A stretch of DNA of 64,000 bases from an uncultured Gemmatimonadales bacterium (GTDB taxonomy: Bacteria > Gemmatimonadota > Gemmatimonadetes > Gemmatimonadales > GWC2-71-9), in NCBI GenBank assembly GCA_963730185.1, contig CAVSQW010000007.1:64001-128000 (forward strand), written 5' to 3'. Positions 1-9,370 of the stretch are shown here, in pieces (positions within the stretch are counted from its first letter, which is position 1; every line of letters begins with the position of its first letter). A program made the translations under genes and the position numbers. The notes beneath the pieces are model-generated. The model ran no database searches. It was not told where the DNA came from and was given only the letters and a program-made list of their open reading frames with translations.

Positions 1-1
1 G

Positions 2-1369
2 GACTGGGTGGACGTGGTCAGCGCCCTCAAAGCCGATCCGGCCGGGACCTCCCGGATCGCGCGCCAGATCTCTCCCTGGCCCAACAACTCCGAGACCTAC
101 TTCAAGGCGGTGCAGGACCGGATCAAGAAGTTCGTCGCCAGCGGCCAGCTGGGCATCTTCGCCAACGGCTACTGGGGCCATCCGGCCTACAAGCTTCCCC
201 CGGAGGTCAACCTCCTGGCGGTCGCCCACTACCTGGAAGCGCTGGACTGGCAACGGGACGTGATCAAGCTCCACACCATCTTCGGGGGCAAGAACCCGCA
301 CCCGAACTTTCTGGTGGGCGGGATGGCCTCGGCGATCAACCTCGACGACACCGCGACGATCAACGCGGCGCGACTGGTCGACGTGCAGGCCCTGATCAAG
401 AAGGCCCAGGACTTCGTGGAGCAGGTCTACTGGCCCGACCTGGTCGCGATCGCCGGGTTCTACAAGGATTGGGGCGCGATCGGTGGTGGCGTGCCCAACT
501 ACCTGGCCTGCGGCGAATTCCCGGAGGGCGGGATCAAGGACTACGACAAGCTGTACTTCCCCCGCGGGATCATTCTCAATCAGGACCTGAGCACGGTTCA
601 TCCCTACGACCAGGAACAGGTCAAAGAGAACATCGCCGCCAGCTGGTACGAGTATCCGGAGGGCAAGACCGATCTGCACCCGTTCGAGGGAGAGACCAAG
701 CCGAAATACACCGGACCCAAGCCGCCGTACGAGTACCTCCAGGGGCTGGACAAGTACACCTGGATGAAAGCCCCGCGGTACGACGGCCTGCCGATGCAGG
801 TCGGGCCACTGGCCCGAATGCTGGTGGCCTACGCCAGCAATCATCCGGACGTGCGGCCCCTGGTGGGCGAGGTGTTGGCCAAACTGAACGTGCCTCCCGC
901 GGCCCTCTTCTCGACGCTGGGCCGGACCGCCGCCCGGGGCATGGAGACGGTGCTCATCGCCCGGCGGATGAACCTCTGGTTCGCCCAACTGGTGGAGCGG
1001 ATCAAGAGCGGCGATACCAAGACCTTCGACGGCAGCAAGTGGGACCCGGACAGCTGGCCGGCGACGGCCCAGGGGTACGGATACCTCGATGCCGCCCGGG
1101 GCGCGCTCGGGCACTGGGTCCAGATCGAGAAGGGGAAGATCAGCCGGTACCAGTGCGTGGTGCCCAGCACCTGGAACTGCTCGCCCCGTGACGCCAAGGG
1201 CCAGATGGGCCCCTACGAGGCGTCGCTGGTCGACAACCATCCGCTGGCCATCCCGGACCAGCCGCTCGAGATCCTTCGGACCATCCACTCGTTCGACCCG
1301 TGCATGGCCTGTGGCGTCCACGTCCTGGACGCGACCGGAAGCCCGGTCGTGGAGGTCAAGGTGCAATGA
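2..1369 (+). CDS. hyaB: [NiFe]-hydrogenase large subunit, group 1 (5'-truncated by window edge)
   Basis: GKNPHP, RGALGHW and VVPSTWN motifs; L2 motif SFDPCMACGVH followed by a 15-aa cleavable tail (VLDATGSPVVEVKVQ); followed by cytochrome b and maturation genes. Subgroup and symbol (hyaB vs hybC) are uncertain. Confidence 0.95.
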   Translation, partial: DWVDVVSALKADPAGTSRIARQISPWPNNSETYFKAVQDRIKKFVASGQLGIFANGYWGHPAYKLPPEVNLLAVAHYLEALDWQRDVIKLHTIFGGKNPHPNFLVGGMASAINLDDTATINAARLVDVQALIKKAQDFVEQVYWPDLVAIAGFYKDWGAIGGGVPNYLACGEFPEGGIKDYDKLYFPRGIILNQDLSTVHPYDQEQVKENIAASWYEYPEGKTDLHPFEGETKPKYTGPKPPYEYLQGLDKYTWMKAPRYDGLPMQVGPLARMLVAYASNHPDVRPLVGEVLAKLNVPPAALFSTLGRTAARGMETVLIARRMNLWFAQLVERIKSGDTKTFDGSKWDPDSWPATAQGYGYLDAARGALGHWVQIEKGKISRYQCVVPSTWNCSPRDAKGQMGPYEASLVDNHPLAIPDQPLEILRTIHSFDPCMACGVHVLDATGSPVVEVKVQ

Positions 1370-2119
1370 GCGAGCACATTCCTCCGATCTCGGTCGGCGC
1401 GTTCGACTTCGTGCGCCGAGTCCCGCCGCCCAGCGGCGAGTACGAATGGGTCTATCTCTGGGAGCGGCCGCTCCGGGTGATGCACTGGGTGGCCGCGATC
1501 TGCATCGTGCTGCTGGCGGTGACCGGGCTCTACATCGGCAAGCCCTACTTCGTGACCTCGGGCGACACCAGCAGTCACTTCATGATGGGCTGGGTCCGGT
1601 TCATCCACTTCGGCACCGCCGCGGTGCTGGTCATGACCGCGATCATCCGGTTCTACTGGCTCTTTATGGGGAACCGATTCGAACGCTGGACGCGCCTTGT
1701 TTCCCGTCCGCGCCAAGGATTGGGTCAATCTCTGGAAGACGGCTAAATCGTACGCGCTGATCCGTCCCGAGAGGGCCCCGCGGTACCTGGGCCACAACCC
1801 GCTCCAGCAGCTCAGCTACACCGCGATCTACGCCCTGGCCGCCCTCATGGTGGTGACCGGGTTCGCCCTCTACGGTCAATCCAATCCCGGTGGGCTCTTC
1901 TACGGGGCCTTCAATTGGGTCAACGTCCTGGCCGGCGGGTCCCAGGTCACCCGTTTCATCCATCACGTCGCCACCTGGGTGTTCCTGTCCTTCATCCCGA
2001 TCCACATCTACCTCGCCGTCCGGGCGGATCACCTGGATCGGACTGGCACGATCTCGTCGATCATCAGCGGCGGGCGGTTCGTGGCCGCCGACGAGGAGTA
2101 CATCGATGGACGGCCCTGA
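1366..2119 (+). CDS. hyaC: Ni/Fe-hydrogenase b-type cytochrome subunit; +1 frameshift near 1692
   Basis: ATGA overlap with large-subunit stop; N-half has LRVMHW and RFIHF, C-half in another frame (1697..2119) has GHNPLQQ, RFIHH and IHIY heme-ligand motifs. Confidence 0.9.
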
Positions 2120-2618
2120 TCCCGGCGGCCGGACGGTCGTGATCGGGCTCGGGACGCCGCTCATGGGCGACGATGGATTGGGGCTCGTCGCCCTCGAGCG
2201 TCTCCGGGCCCTTGCGCCGGCCGGGGTCGAGCTGGTGGACGGCGGGACCTGGGGCATGATGCTGTTGCCGACGGTGGAATCCGCGGATCGGCTGCTGCTC
2301 CTCGATGCCATCGCCGCCGACCGAGCGCCGGGGACGTTGATCGAGCTCGAGGGCGACGCCGTACCGCGACACTTCAATCTCAAGTTCTCGACCCACGACA
2401 TCGACCTCCTCGACGTGCTGGCGTTGGCCGCGCTCCGCGGTCGGACCCCGCCCCGCCTGGTGGCCCTGGGCCTGCAGCCTCACCGGGTCGAGATGGTCAC
2501 CGCGCTGAGTCCGCTGATCGAGCGGGCCCTCGACGACGTGGTCGACCGAGCGGTGGCGATTCTGGAGGACTGGGGACACCCGGTCGCCGCGGTGGAGGCT
2601 CAGGCGTGCACGAGATGA
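2106..2618 (+). CDS. hyaD: Hydrogenase maturation endopeptidase (HyaD/HybD family)
   Basis: VIGLGTPLMGDDGLG, VDGGT, LLDAI and STH motifs; ATG at 2106 within ORF 1890..2618. Confidence 0.92.
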   Translation: MDGPDPGGRTVVIGLGTPLMGDDGLGLVALERLRALAPAGVELVDGGTWGMMLLPTVESADRLLLLDAIAADRAPGTLIELEGDAVPRHFNLKFSTHDIDLLDVLALAALRGRTPPRLVALGLQPHRVEMVTALSPLIERALDDVVDRAVAILEDWGHPVAAVEAQACTR

Positions 2619-2863
2619 GCCTCGCCCTCGAGGTCTGCCGGATCGCGGAGGCGCACCTGCCCCCCAACCCGGTGCGGGTGCTGTCGCTCGGTGTCGACGT
2701 CGGCGAGGACATGGGCATCGAGCCGGCCAACTTCGAGTTCTGCCTCGACGCGCTCCTCCGGGAACCCCCGTTTTCTGGCGCGCGGGCCGAGGTCCGGATT
2801 CTTCCCGGAGACGATCTCCGGCTGACGTACGTGGAGGTGGACGATGGCCGTCCGAACGATTGA
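2606..2863 (+). CDS. hypA: Nickel metallochaperone HypA, short form without zinc-finger domain
   Basis: N-terminal MHE nickel motif, C-terminal GDDLRLTYVEV strand, position before hypB; no CxxC motifs. Confidence 0.85.
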   Translation: MHEMSLALEVCRIAEAHLPPNPVRVLSLGVDVGEDMGIEPANFEFCLDALLREPPFSGARAEVRILPGDDLRLTYVEVDDGRPND

Positions 2864-3515
2864 GATTCGCGAGCGGGTCATGGCCCGGAACGACGAGCTG
2901 GCCGCGGGGGTTCGCGAGCGGCTCGGCCAAGCGGGCATCACCGCGTTCAACCTGGTCTCGTCGCCGGGGTCGGGGAAGACCGCGTTGCTGGAGCGGACCC
3001 TCGCGGCCCTGGGCGAGGAGCTCGACATCGCGGTGGTGACGGGCGACGTCCAGACCCAGAACGACGCCGATCGCCTGGCGCGCCACACCACCCGGCTGGT
3101 CCAGGCGGTGGTGACCGGTGGCGCGTGCCATCTCGATGCCAGTCAGGTGACCGACGCCCTGGGGGCGATCGACCTGGACCGGACCCGGCTCCTCTTCGTG
3201 GAGAACGTGGGCAACCTGGTCTGTCCGGCCAGCTGGGACCTCGGTGAAGCCGCCAAGATCGTGGTCTTCTCGGTGACCGAAGGGGAAGACAAGCCGCTCA
3301 AGTATCCCAAGATGTTCCGGATGGCGCGCTATGCGGTCCTCAACAAGATCGACCTCCTGCCGCATGTGCCGTTCGACGTGGATCTGGCGGTCCGGAACGC
3401 CCGGGCCGTGAATCCCGAGCTCGAGTTCTTCTTCACCTCGGCCCTGACCGGCGAGGGACTCGACCCCTGGTACGGCTTCCTTCGCTCGGCCGTGGGGGCG
3501 ACGGCGGCCCGATGA
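2844..3515 (+). CDS. hypB: Hydrogenase nickel incorporation GTPase HypB
   Basis: SSPGSGKT P-loop, GACHLDA, ENVGNLVCPA, SVTEGEDKPLKYP and NKID motifs. Confidence 0.97.
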   Translation: MAVRTIEIRERVMARNDELAAGVRERLGQAGITAFNLVSSPGSGKTALLERTLAALGEELDIAVVTGDVQTQNDADRLARHTTRLVQAVVTGGACHLDASQVTDALGAIDLDRTRLLFVENVGNLVCPASWDLGEAAKIVVFSVTEGEDKPLKYPKMFRMARYAVLNKIDLLPHVPFDVDLAVRNARAVNPELEFFFTSALTGEGLDPWYGFLRSAVGATAAR

Positions 3516-5827
3516 TCCGGCAGCTCCCGGTGGAGCGCGCCGCCCGCCACGTGCGGGTGACCGGCCTGGTCCAGGGGGTCGGCTTCCGCCCCTTCGTGCA
3601 CCGGCTGGCCTTGCGCCACCACCTCGGGGGCTGGGTCCGGAACGCCTCGGGCGACGTTCAGATCGAGATCGAGGGGGGCGGTCCGGAGCTGGACGGCTTC
3701 CTGAGCGCCCTGGAGCGGGAAGCTCCGCCGCTGGCCCGGATCGAGGCGGTGGAGGTGGCCGCGATCGAAGCCCGGGGCCAGGAGCGGTTCCGGATCGTCA
3801 CCAGCGCGGAGTCCGTCGACGGGCGGCAGCCGGTGTCGCCCGACGTGGCCCTGTGCCCGGCCTGCGAGGACGAGCTGTTCGACCCATCCAACCGCCGCCA
3901 TCGCTATCCCTTCATCACCTGCACCGACTGCGGTCCGCGATTCACCATCATCGACACCATGCCGTACGACCGGGAGCGGACCAGCATGGCGGCCTTCCGG
4001 CAGTGCCCGGCCTGCGCCCGCGAGTACCGGACCCCGGGCGACCGCCGCCACCACTCGGAGACCAACAGCTGTCCGTCCTGTGGTCCCAAGCTCTGGTACT
4101 GGAGTCTGGACCGGTGCTGGCTGAACGGGACGGAAGGGGCGCTCGCTGCCGGGGCCGCGCTCCTCCGGGAGGGCGGGATCCTCGCGGTCCGGGGCCTGGG
4201 GGGCTTCCACCTCGCGGTCGACGCCACCGACGAGGCGGCGGTGGGCCGGCTCCGGGCCCGCAAGCGGCGGGACGCCAAGCCCCTGGCGCTGATGGTCCGG
4301 ACCCTGGCCGAGGCCCGGACGCTGGCCCGGGTGAGCCAGGTCGAGGCCGCGATCCTGACCGGTCCGGAGCGGCCGATCGTGCTCCTGGAGGTCCACCCCG
4401 AGGGCCCGCTCGCGGCGAACCTGGCGCCCGGGCTCGACCGGGTGGGGGTGATGCTCGCCTATACCCCACTCCACCACCTGCTCCTGGTCGAAGCGGGCCG
4501 CCCGCTGGTGATGACCAGCGGCAACCTGTCCGACGAGCCGATCGCGACCGGCAACGAGGAGGCCCTCCGCCGGCTGAGCGGCCTGGCGGACGGCTTTCTG
4601 CTCCACGACCGCGAGATCCTGGTCCGGTACGACGATTCCGTGGTCAGGGTCGCGGACGATCATCCGGTCTTTCTCCGCCGAGCCCGCGGCTACGCGCCCA
4701 TGCCGCTTGCGCTGCCGGTGCCGACACCGGTGCCGCTGCTGGCGGTCGGTCCCCATCTCAAGAACACCTTCACCCTCGCGGCCGGACGCGAGGCCTACGT
4801 GAGCCAGCACGTCGGCGACCTGGAGACGCTGGAGACGCTGGAGCACTTCCAGAGTGCCCTCGCCGCCTTCCGCCGCCTGTTCCGGATCGAACCGGAGGTG
4901 GTGGTGCGCGACCTCCATCCCGGCTACCTGTCGACCCGGGTCGCGATGGAGCTCGGCCTGGCCCGGATCATCGCGGTCCAGCACCACCACGCCCACGTGG
5001 CCGCGGTGCTGGCCGAGCACGGCGAGACCGGGCCTGCGCTCGGCTTGGCGTTCGACGGCACCGGCTACGGCGATGACGGGCAGGTGTGGGGCGGTGAGGT
5101 GCTCGAGGCGAGCCTGGACGGGTATCGTCGCTTGGCCCACCTTCGCGCGGCGCCCCTCCCCGGCGGCGACCTGGCCGCCCGGACGCCCTGGCGGTCGGCT
5201 CTCGGCTATGCCAGTCTGGCCCCGGGGCTGGAGCCGGCGCTGGGGCTCGCGTTCGACGGAGTGAACCCGCAGGAACTGGCCATCGCCCGGACCCAGATCG
5301 CCCGCCGGGTCAACGCGCCGCTGGCCTCGTCGATCGGTCGGCTGTTCGACGCCGCGGCGGCGGTGCTCGGGGTCCGCCGGGTCGGCTCCTTCGAGGGCCA
5401 GGCGCCGATGGAGCTCGAAGCCCTGGCGGGCCGGCGCCCGGCGGCCGAGTACGCCTGTTCGCTGTCGGAAGTGGACGGCGTCTGGATCGCCGACCCGGTC
5501 CCGATTCTGGCCCAGCTCGGCTGGCGGATCCAGCGGGGGGGGGATCGCGCCGACCTGGCGGCCGATTTCCATGCCAGCGTTGCCTGGATGGCGGTCGAGC
5601 TGATCCGGCGGATCGCGGAGCGGGTCCCCCACCGCACGGTGGTGCTGAGCGGCGGGGTCTTCCAGAACGCCCGGCTCCTCTGGTCGGTGCGAAAGCGGCT
5701 CACCGACCGCGGCTTCCGGGTGCTGGTCCCGACCCGGCTCTCGCCGGGCGACGGCGCCATCAGCTACGGCCAGGCGGCGGTCGCCGCCCGGCTGCTCGCC
5801 CGCGAAGCCGCCGGGCCAGCGGGTTAG
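3512..5827 (+). CDS. hypF: Carbamoyltransferase HypF
   Basis: GLVQGVGFRP acylphosphatase domain, CxxC zinc fingers, QHHHAH, DGTGYG and SGGVFQN motifs. Confidence 0.97.
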   Translation: MIRQLPVERAARHVRVTGLVQGVGFRPFVHRLALRHHLGGWVRNASGDVQIEIEGGGPELDGFLSALEREAPPLARIEAVEVAAIEARGQERFRIVTSAESVDGRQPVSPDVALCPACEDELFDPSNRRHRYPFITCTDCGPRFTIIDTMPYDRERTSMAAFRQCPACAREYRTPGDRRHHSETNSCPSCGPKLWYWSLDRCWLNGTEGALAAGAALLREGGILAVRGLGGFHLAVDATDEAAVGRLRARKRRDAKPLALMVRTLAEARTLARVSQVEAAILTGPERPIVLLEVHPEGPLAANLAPGLDRVGVMLAYTPLHHLLLVEAGRPLVMTSGNLSDEPIATGNEEALRRLSGLADGFLLHDREILVRYDDSVVRVADDHPVFLRRARGYAPMPLALPVPTPVPLLAVGPHLKNTFTLAAGREAYVSQHVGDLETLETLEHFQSALAAFRRLFRIEPEVVVRDLHPGYLSTRVAMELGLARIIAVQHHHAHVAAVLAEHGETGPALGLAFDGTGYGDDGQVWGGEVLEASLDGYRRLAHLRAAPLPGGDLAARTPWRSALGYASLAPGLEPALGLAFDGVNPQELAIARTQIARRVNAPLASSIGRLFDAAAAVLGVRRVGSFEGQAPMELEALAGRRPAAEYACSLSEVDGVWIADPVPILAQLGWRIQRGGDRADLAADFHASVAWMAVELIRRIAERVPHRTVVLSGGVFQNARLLWSVRKRLTDRGFRVLVPTRLSPGDGAISYGQAAVAARLLAREAAGPAG

Positions 5828-5844
5828 ATCAAGGAGGTCGTCGG

Positions 5845-6141
5845 ATGTGTCTCGGCATTCCCGGACGGATCACGGAGATCAAGGACGACGAGGGGCTCGC
5901 GATGGGCACCGTCGACTTCGGCGGCGTGCGCCGTGACGTCTGTCTCGCCTACCTGGCCGATCAGGTCGCCCCCGGCGACTACGTGATCGTCCACGTCGGG
6001 TTCGCGATCTCCCGGGTCGACGAGGATGAGGCCCGCCGGACCTTCGAGGCGTTGAAGGAGATGAGCCAGCTGGACGAGCTCGACTGGATGCGGGAGGTGG
6101 CCGAGCAGGGCCTGGCCGGGACCGAAGGAGGCGCCGGGTGA
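5845..6141 (+). CDS. hypC: Hydrogenase chaperone HypC
   Basis: MCLGIPG N-terminus, [18 protein letters not shown] Shine-Dalgarno upstream. Confidence 0.97.
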   Translation: MCLGIPGRITEIKDDEGLAMGTVDFGGVRRDVCLAYLADQVAPGDYVIVHVGFAISRVDEDEARRTFEALKEMSQLDELDWMREVAEQGLAGTEGGAG

Positions 6142-7241
6142 AGTACCTGAGCGAGTATCGCGACGCCGAGGTCGCCCGGGGGCTGCTCAAGCAGATCGCC
6201 GCGACCGCCACCCGGCGCTGGACCCTGATGGAGGTCTGCGGGGGCCAGACCCACACCATCGTCAAGCAGGGGCTCGACCAGCTCCTCGCCGATTCGATCG
6301 AGATGATTCACGGCCCCGGCTGCCCGGTCTGCGTCACCCCGCTCGAACAGATCGACAAGGCGCTCCGCCTGGCGTCCCGGCCCGACGTGATCTTCACCTC
6401 CTTCGGCGACATGCTCCGGGTGCCGGGGAGCGAGTGCGACCTGCTGACCGTCCGGGCCCGGGGCGGGAACGTGCGGATCGTCTACTCGCCGCTCGACGCG
6501 CTCGAGCTGGCCCGCAAGAACCCCGACCGGCAGGTGGTCTTCTTCGCGGTGGGTTTCGAGACCACGGCCCCCGCCAACGCGATGGCGGTCTGGCGCGCCA
6601 AGGAGCTCGGCGTGGGGAACTTCAGCGTCCTGGTGTCGCACGTCACGGTGCCGCCGGCGATGACCGCGATCCTCGACGATCCCTCGAACCGGGTCCAGGG
6701 CTTTCTCGCCGCCGGTCACGTCTGCACCGTGATGGGATGGACCGAGTACGAGCCGATCGCCGCCAAGTACCAGGTGCCGATCGTGGTCACCGGGTTCGAG
6801 CCGGTGGACCTCCTCGAGGGCATGCTGATGGCGGTGCGCCAGCTCGAGGACGGGCGGGCCGAGGTGGAAAACCAGTACGTCCGGGCGGTGCGCCGGATCG
6901 GCACGCCGCCGGCCCGGGAGCTGGTGAGCCGGGTGTTCCAGCTGGTCGATCGCCAGTGGCGCGGCATCGGCGCGATTCCGGCCAGCGGGCTCGGGCTCCG
7001 GGAGGAGTTCCGCGACTTCGACGCCGAAGCCCGCTTCGGGCTCGGGTCGCTGCACGTGGACGAGCCGGCCGAGTGCCGGGCCGGCGAGGTGCTCCGGGGC
7101 CGGCTCAAGCCGTACCAGTGTCCGGCCTTCGGTACCCGGTGCACGCCCGAGCGCCCGCTGGGCGCACCGATGGTGTCGTCGGAGGGGGCCTGCGCCGCGT
7201 ACTACCAATACGGCCGGGTCCGCCGGCCGGAGCCGGTTTAG
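6138..7241 (+). CDS. hypD: Hydrogenase formation protein HypD
   Basis: [21 protein letters not shown] and MVSSEGAC motifs. Confidence 0.97.
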   Translation: MKYLSEYRDAEVARGLLKQIAATATRRWTLMEVCGGQTHTIVKQGLDQLLADSIEMIHGPGCPVCVTPLEQIDKALRLASRPDVIFTSFGDMLRVPGSECDLLTVRARGGNVRIVYSPLDALELARKNPDRQVVFFAVGFETTAPANAMAVWRAKELGVGNFSVLVSHVTVPPAMTAILDDPSNRVQGFLAAGHVCTVMGWTEYEPIAAKYQVPIVVTGFEPVDLLEGMLMAVRQLEDGRAEVENQYVRAVRRIGTPPARELVSRVFQLVDRQWRGIGAIPASGLGLREEFRDFDAEARFGLGSLHVDEPAECRAGEVLRGRLKPYQCPAFGTRCTPERPLGAPMVSSEGACAAYYQYGRVRRPEPV

Positions 7242-7246
7242 GCCTC

Positions 7247-8302
7247 GTGGCATCGATCGCCGAGGGGCTCGTTTGTCCGGTCCCGGCGGGGACCGCCGAC
7301 CGGGTCCTGCTGGGACACGGCTCCGGTGGCAAGCTGAGCGCCGCGCTGATCCGGGACCGGTTTCTCCCCCACTTCGACAATCCGGTGCTTCGCCAGCTCG
7401 GCGACGGCGCGGTGGTGCCGCTCGGCACCGGCTCGGTGGTGGTCTCCACCGACACCTTCGTGGTGAGCCCACTCGAGTTTCCGGGCGGCAACATCGGGGT
7501 CCTCGCCGTGCACGGGACCCTCAACGACGTCGCCATGATGGGGGCCGCGCCCATCTGCCTCACGGCGGGTTTCGTGCTCGAGGAGGGACTTCCGTTCGAG
7601 GTGCTCGACCGGATCCTCGCCGCCATGGCCGAGGCCACCCGGGCGGCCGGGGTCCCGGTGGTGACCGGCGACACCAAGGTCGTGGAGCGGGGCAAGGCCG
7701 ACGGTCTCTTCATCAACACCACGGGCCTCGGGCTCCTCCGACCCGGCTTCGAGCCGGCGCCCCACCGCGCGGCCCCCGACGACGTGGTGCTGGTGAGCGG
7801 ACCGCTTGGCCGGCATGGGATGGCCATCCTGGCCGCCCGGGAAGGCCTCGCCTTCGAGACCACCATCACCAGCGACAGCGCCAATCTGGTGCCCCTGGTG
7901 GAGCGGCTCCGTGCCGCGGCGGGCGACGCCGTGCATGTGCTCCGCGACCCGACCCGGGGGGGATTGGCCAGCGCGCTCAACGAGATCGCCGCCGCGTCGG
8001 GCGTTGGCGTGGAGCTCGAGGAGCGCGGCATCGTGGTGCCGTCGGACGTCTCGGCCGGGGCGGAGATGCTCGGGCTCGACCCGCTCTACATCGCCAACGA
8101 GGGGGTGCTGGTCGCGCTGGTCGCCCGGGAGCGCGCCGGCGCCGCCCTCGAGGCGCTCCGCGGCCATCCCGTCGGTCGCGACGCGACCGTGGCCGGTCGG
8201 GCCGTCTCGGCCCATCCCGGGCTGGTCGTGCTCCGAACCGCGATCGGCGGCACCCGGGTGGTCGACATGCTCCCGGGCGACCAGTTGCCCCGGATCTGCT
8301 GA
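7247..8302 (+). CDS. hypE: Hydrogenase formation protein HypE
   Basis: GTG at 7247 within ORF 6434..8302; HGSGG, TGDTKVV, RDPTRGG and C-terminal PRIC. Confidence 0.96.
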   Translation: MASIAEGLVCPVPAGTADRVLLGHGSGGKLSAALIRDRFLPHFDNPVLRQLGDGAVVPLGTGSVVVSTDTFVVSPLEFPGGNIGVLAVHGTLNDVAMMGAAPICLTAGFVLEEGLPFEVLDRILAAMAEATRAAGVPVVTGDTKVVERGKADGLFINTTGLGLLRPGFEPAPHRAAPDDVVLVSGPLGRHGMAILAAREGLAFETTITSDSANLVPLVERLRAAAGDAVHVLRDPTRGGLASALNEIAAASGVGVELEERGIVVPSDVSAGAEMLGLDPLYIANEGVLVALVARERAGAALEALRGHPVGRDATVAGRAVSAHPGLVVLRTAIGGTRVVDMLPGDQLPRIC

Positions 8303-8449
8303 ATCCTTGCCGGTCGCGGTCGGCTCTCGAAGAGAGCAAGCACCTCGACCTCTCCCGGAGCGATTCGACGGCAGCCGATCTCTTCCCCGGAACGAGCCCC
8401 CCTCGAGCCCGGGCTCGGCCGGGCGCAGGCCGAGGCGTAGGTCCCCGGC

Positions 8450-9370
8450 TTACTGGGCCGGGGGCGCCTTCTTGAGGGTGGCGTCGGCCGGGGCCAACTC
8501 CCCCACCTGATAGGTCGGCAGGGTGTAGACCGTCGGCAGGCTGTCCCGGCGGACCAGGAAGGCCGTCGCGGTCGAGTCGAAGCGCAGCGTGGTGGGCGTC
8601 CCGCTCTTGGCGACGAGCTGGATGGTCAGGCCGGGCGAGGCGAAGTTGGCTGAGTCGATCTGGCCGGCGCGCGCGAACCCGTTGCCGCTCAGCTCCTTGA
8701 ACTTGTCCACCAAGGTGGCGACCCGGCTGGAGTCGGTGGCGGTTCCGTCCTCGAAGGTCCAGGTTACCGAGTCTTTCCGGGTCAGGACGTAGTGCATCGG
8801 ACCGTGGGTGATGGCCACCCGCTCGAGGCTGTCCGGATCGACGTGGACGATCCGCTTGTCCCGCCAGTCGTCCACCCGCCGCTCGACGAACTCGACCAGC
8901 CGGCCCCGGACCTGGAAGACCCGCGGCATCCCGGGCCGCCGGACGTAGGCGCTCTCCCAGTTGGCGCCGCGCTTCCCGACCAGCAGCGACAGCACCGTGT
9001 CGGCGCCGCGCCGGATCACCAGCCGGCGGGCGCTGGCGGTGTCGACCCCGAGGCTGGCGTGCGACGACGGACTCTCGGCCACGAGCTCGCTGGTCGCGGC
9101 GGTGTCGGTCACGGCGGCCAGGAACTCCTGGACCCCGGTCGGCGATGCGGGGTAACCGTTCACGGTCCAACCGGCGGCGCCCTTCACCAGCCTGACGGTG
9201 TCGGCGGGGCGGGTCAGGATCACCGTGTCGACCGACGCGGGGTCGAAGGCGACCCGCGGCAGGGTCAGCTCGGTGTCCCGGCCCTGACCGCGAATCACCT
9301 TGAGCCCGAGCCAGAGCACCACCAGGACCACCAGCCCGATGGCGATGCGGCGAAGCTGCTCGTTGCTCAT
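8450..9370 (-). CDS. DUF4340-type membrane-anchored periplasmic protein
   Basis: Start MSNEQLRR overlaps the upstream stop; N-terminal TM helix, LLVGK..YVR and WRDK motifs; follows a GldG-like gene. Confidence 0.75.
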   Translation of the reverse strand: MSNEQLRRIAIGLVVLVVLWLGLKVIRGQGRDTELTLPRVAFDPASVDTVILTRPADTVRLVKGAAGWTVNGYPASPTGVQEFLAAVTDTAATSELVAESPSSHASLGVDTASARRLVIRRGADTVLSLLVGKRGANWESAYVRRPGMPRVFQVRGRLVEFVERRVDDWRDKRIVHVDPDSLERVAITHGPMHYVLTRKDSVTWTFEDGTATDSSRVATLVDKFKELSGNGFARAGQIDSANFASPGLTIQLVAKSGTPTTLRFDSTATAFLVRRDSLPTVYTLPTYQVGELAPADATLKKAPPAQ

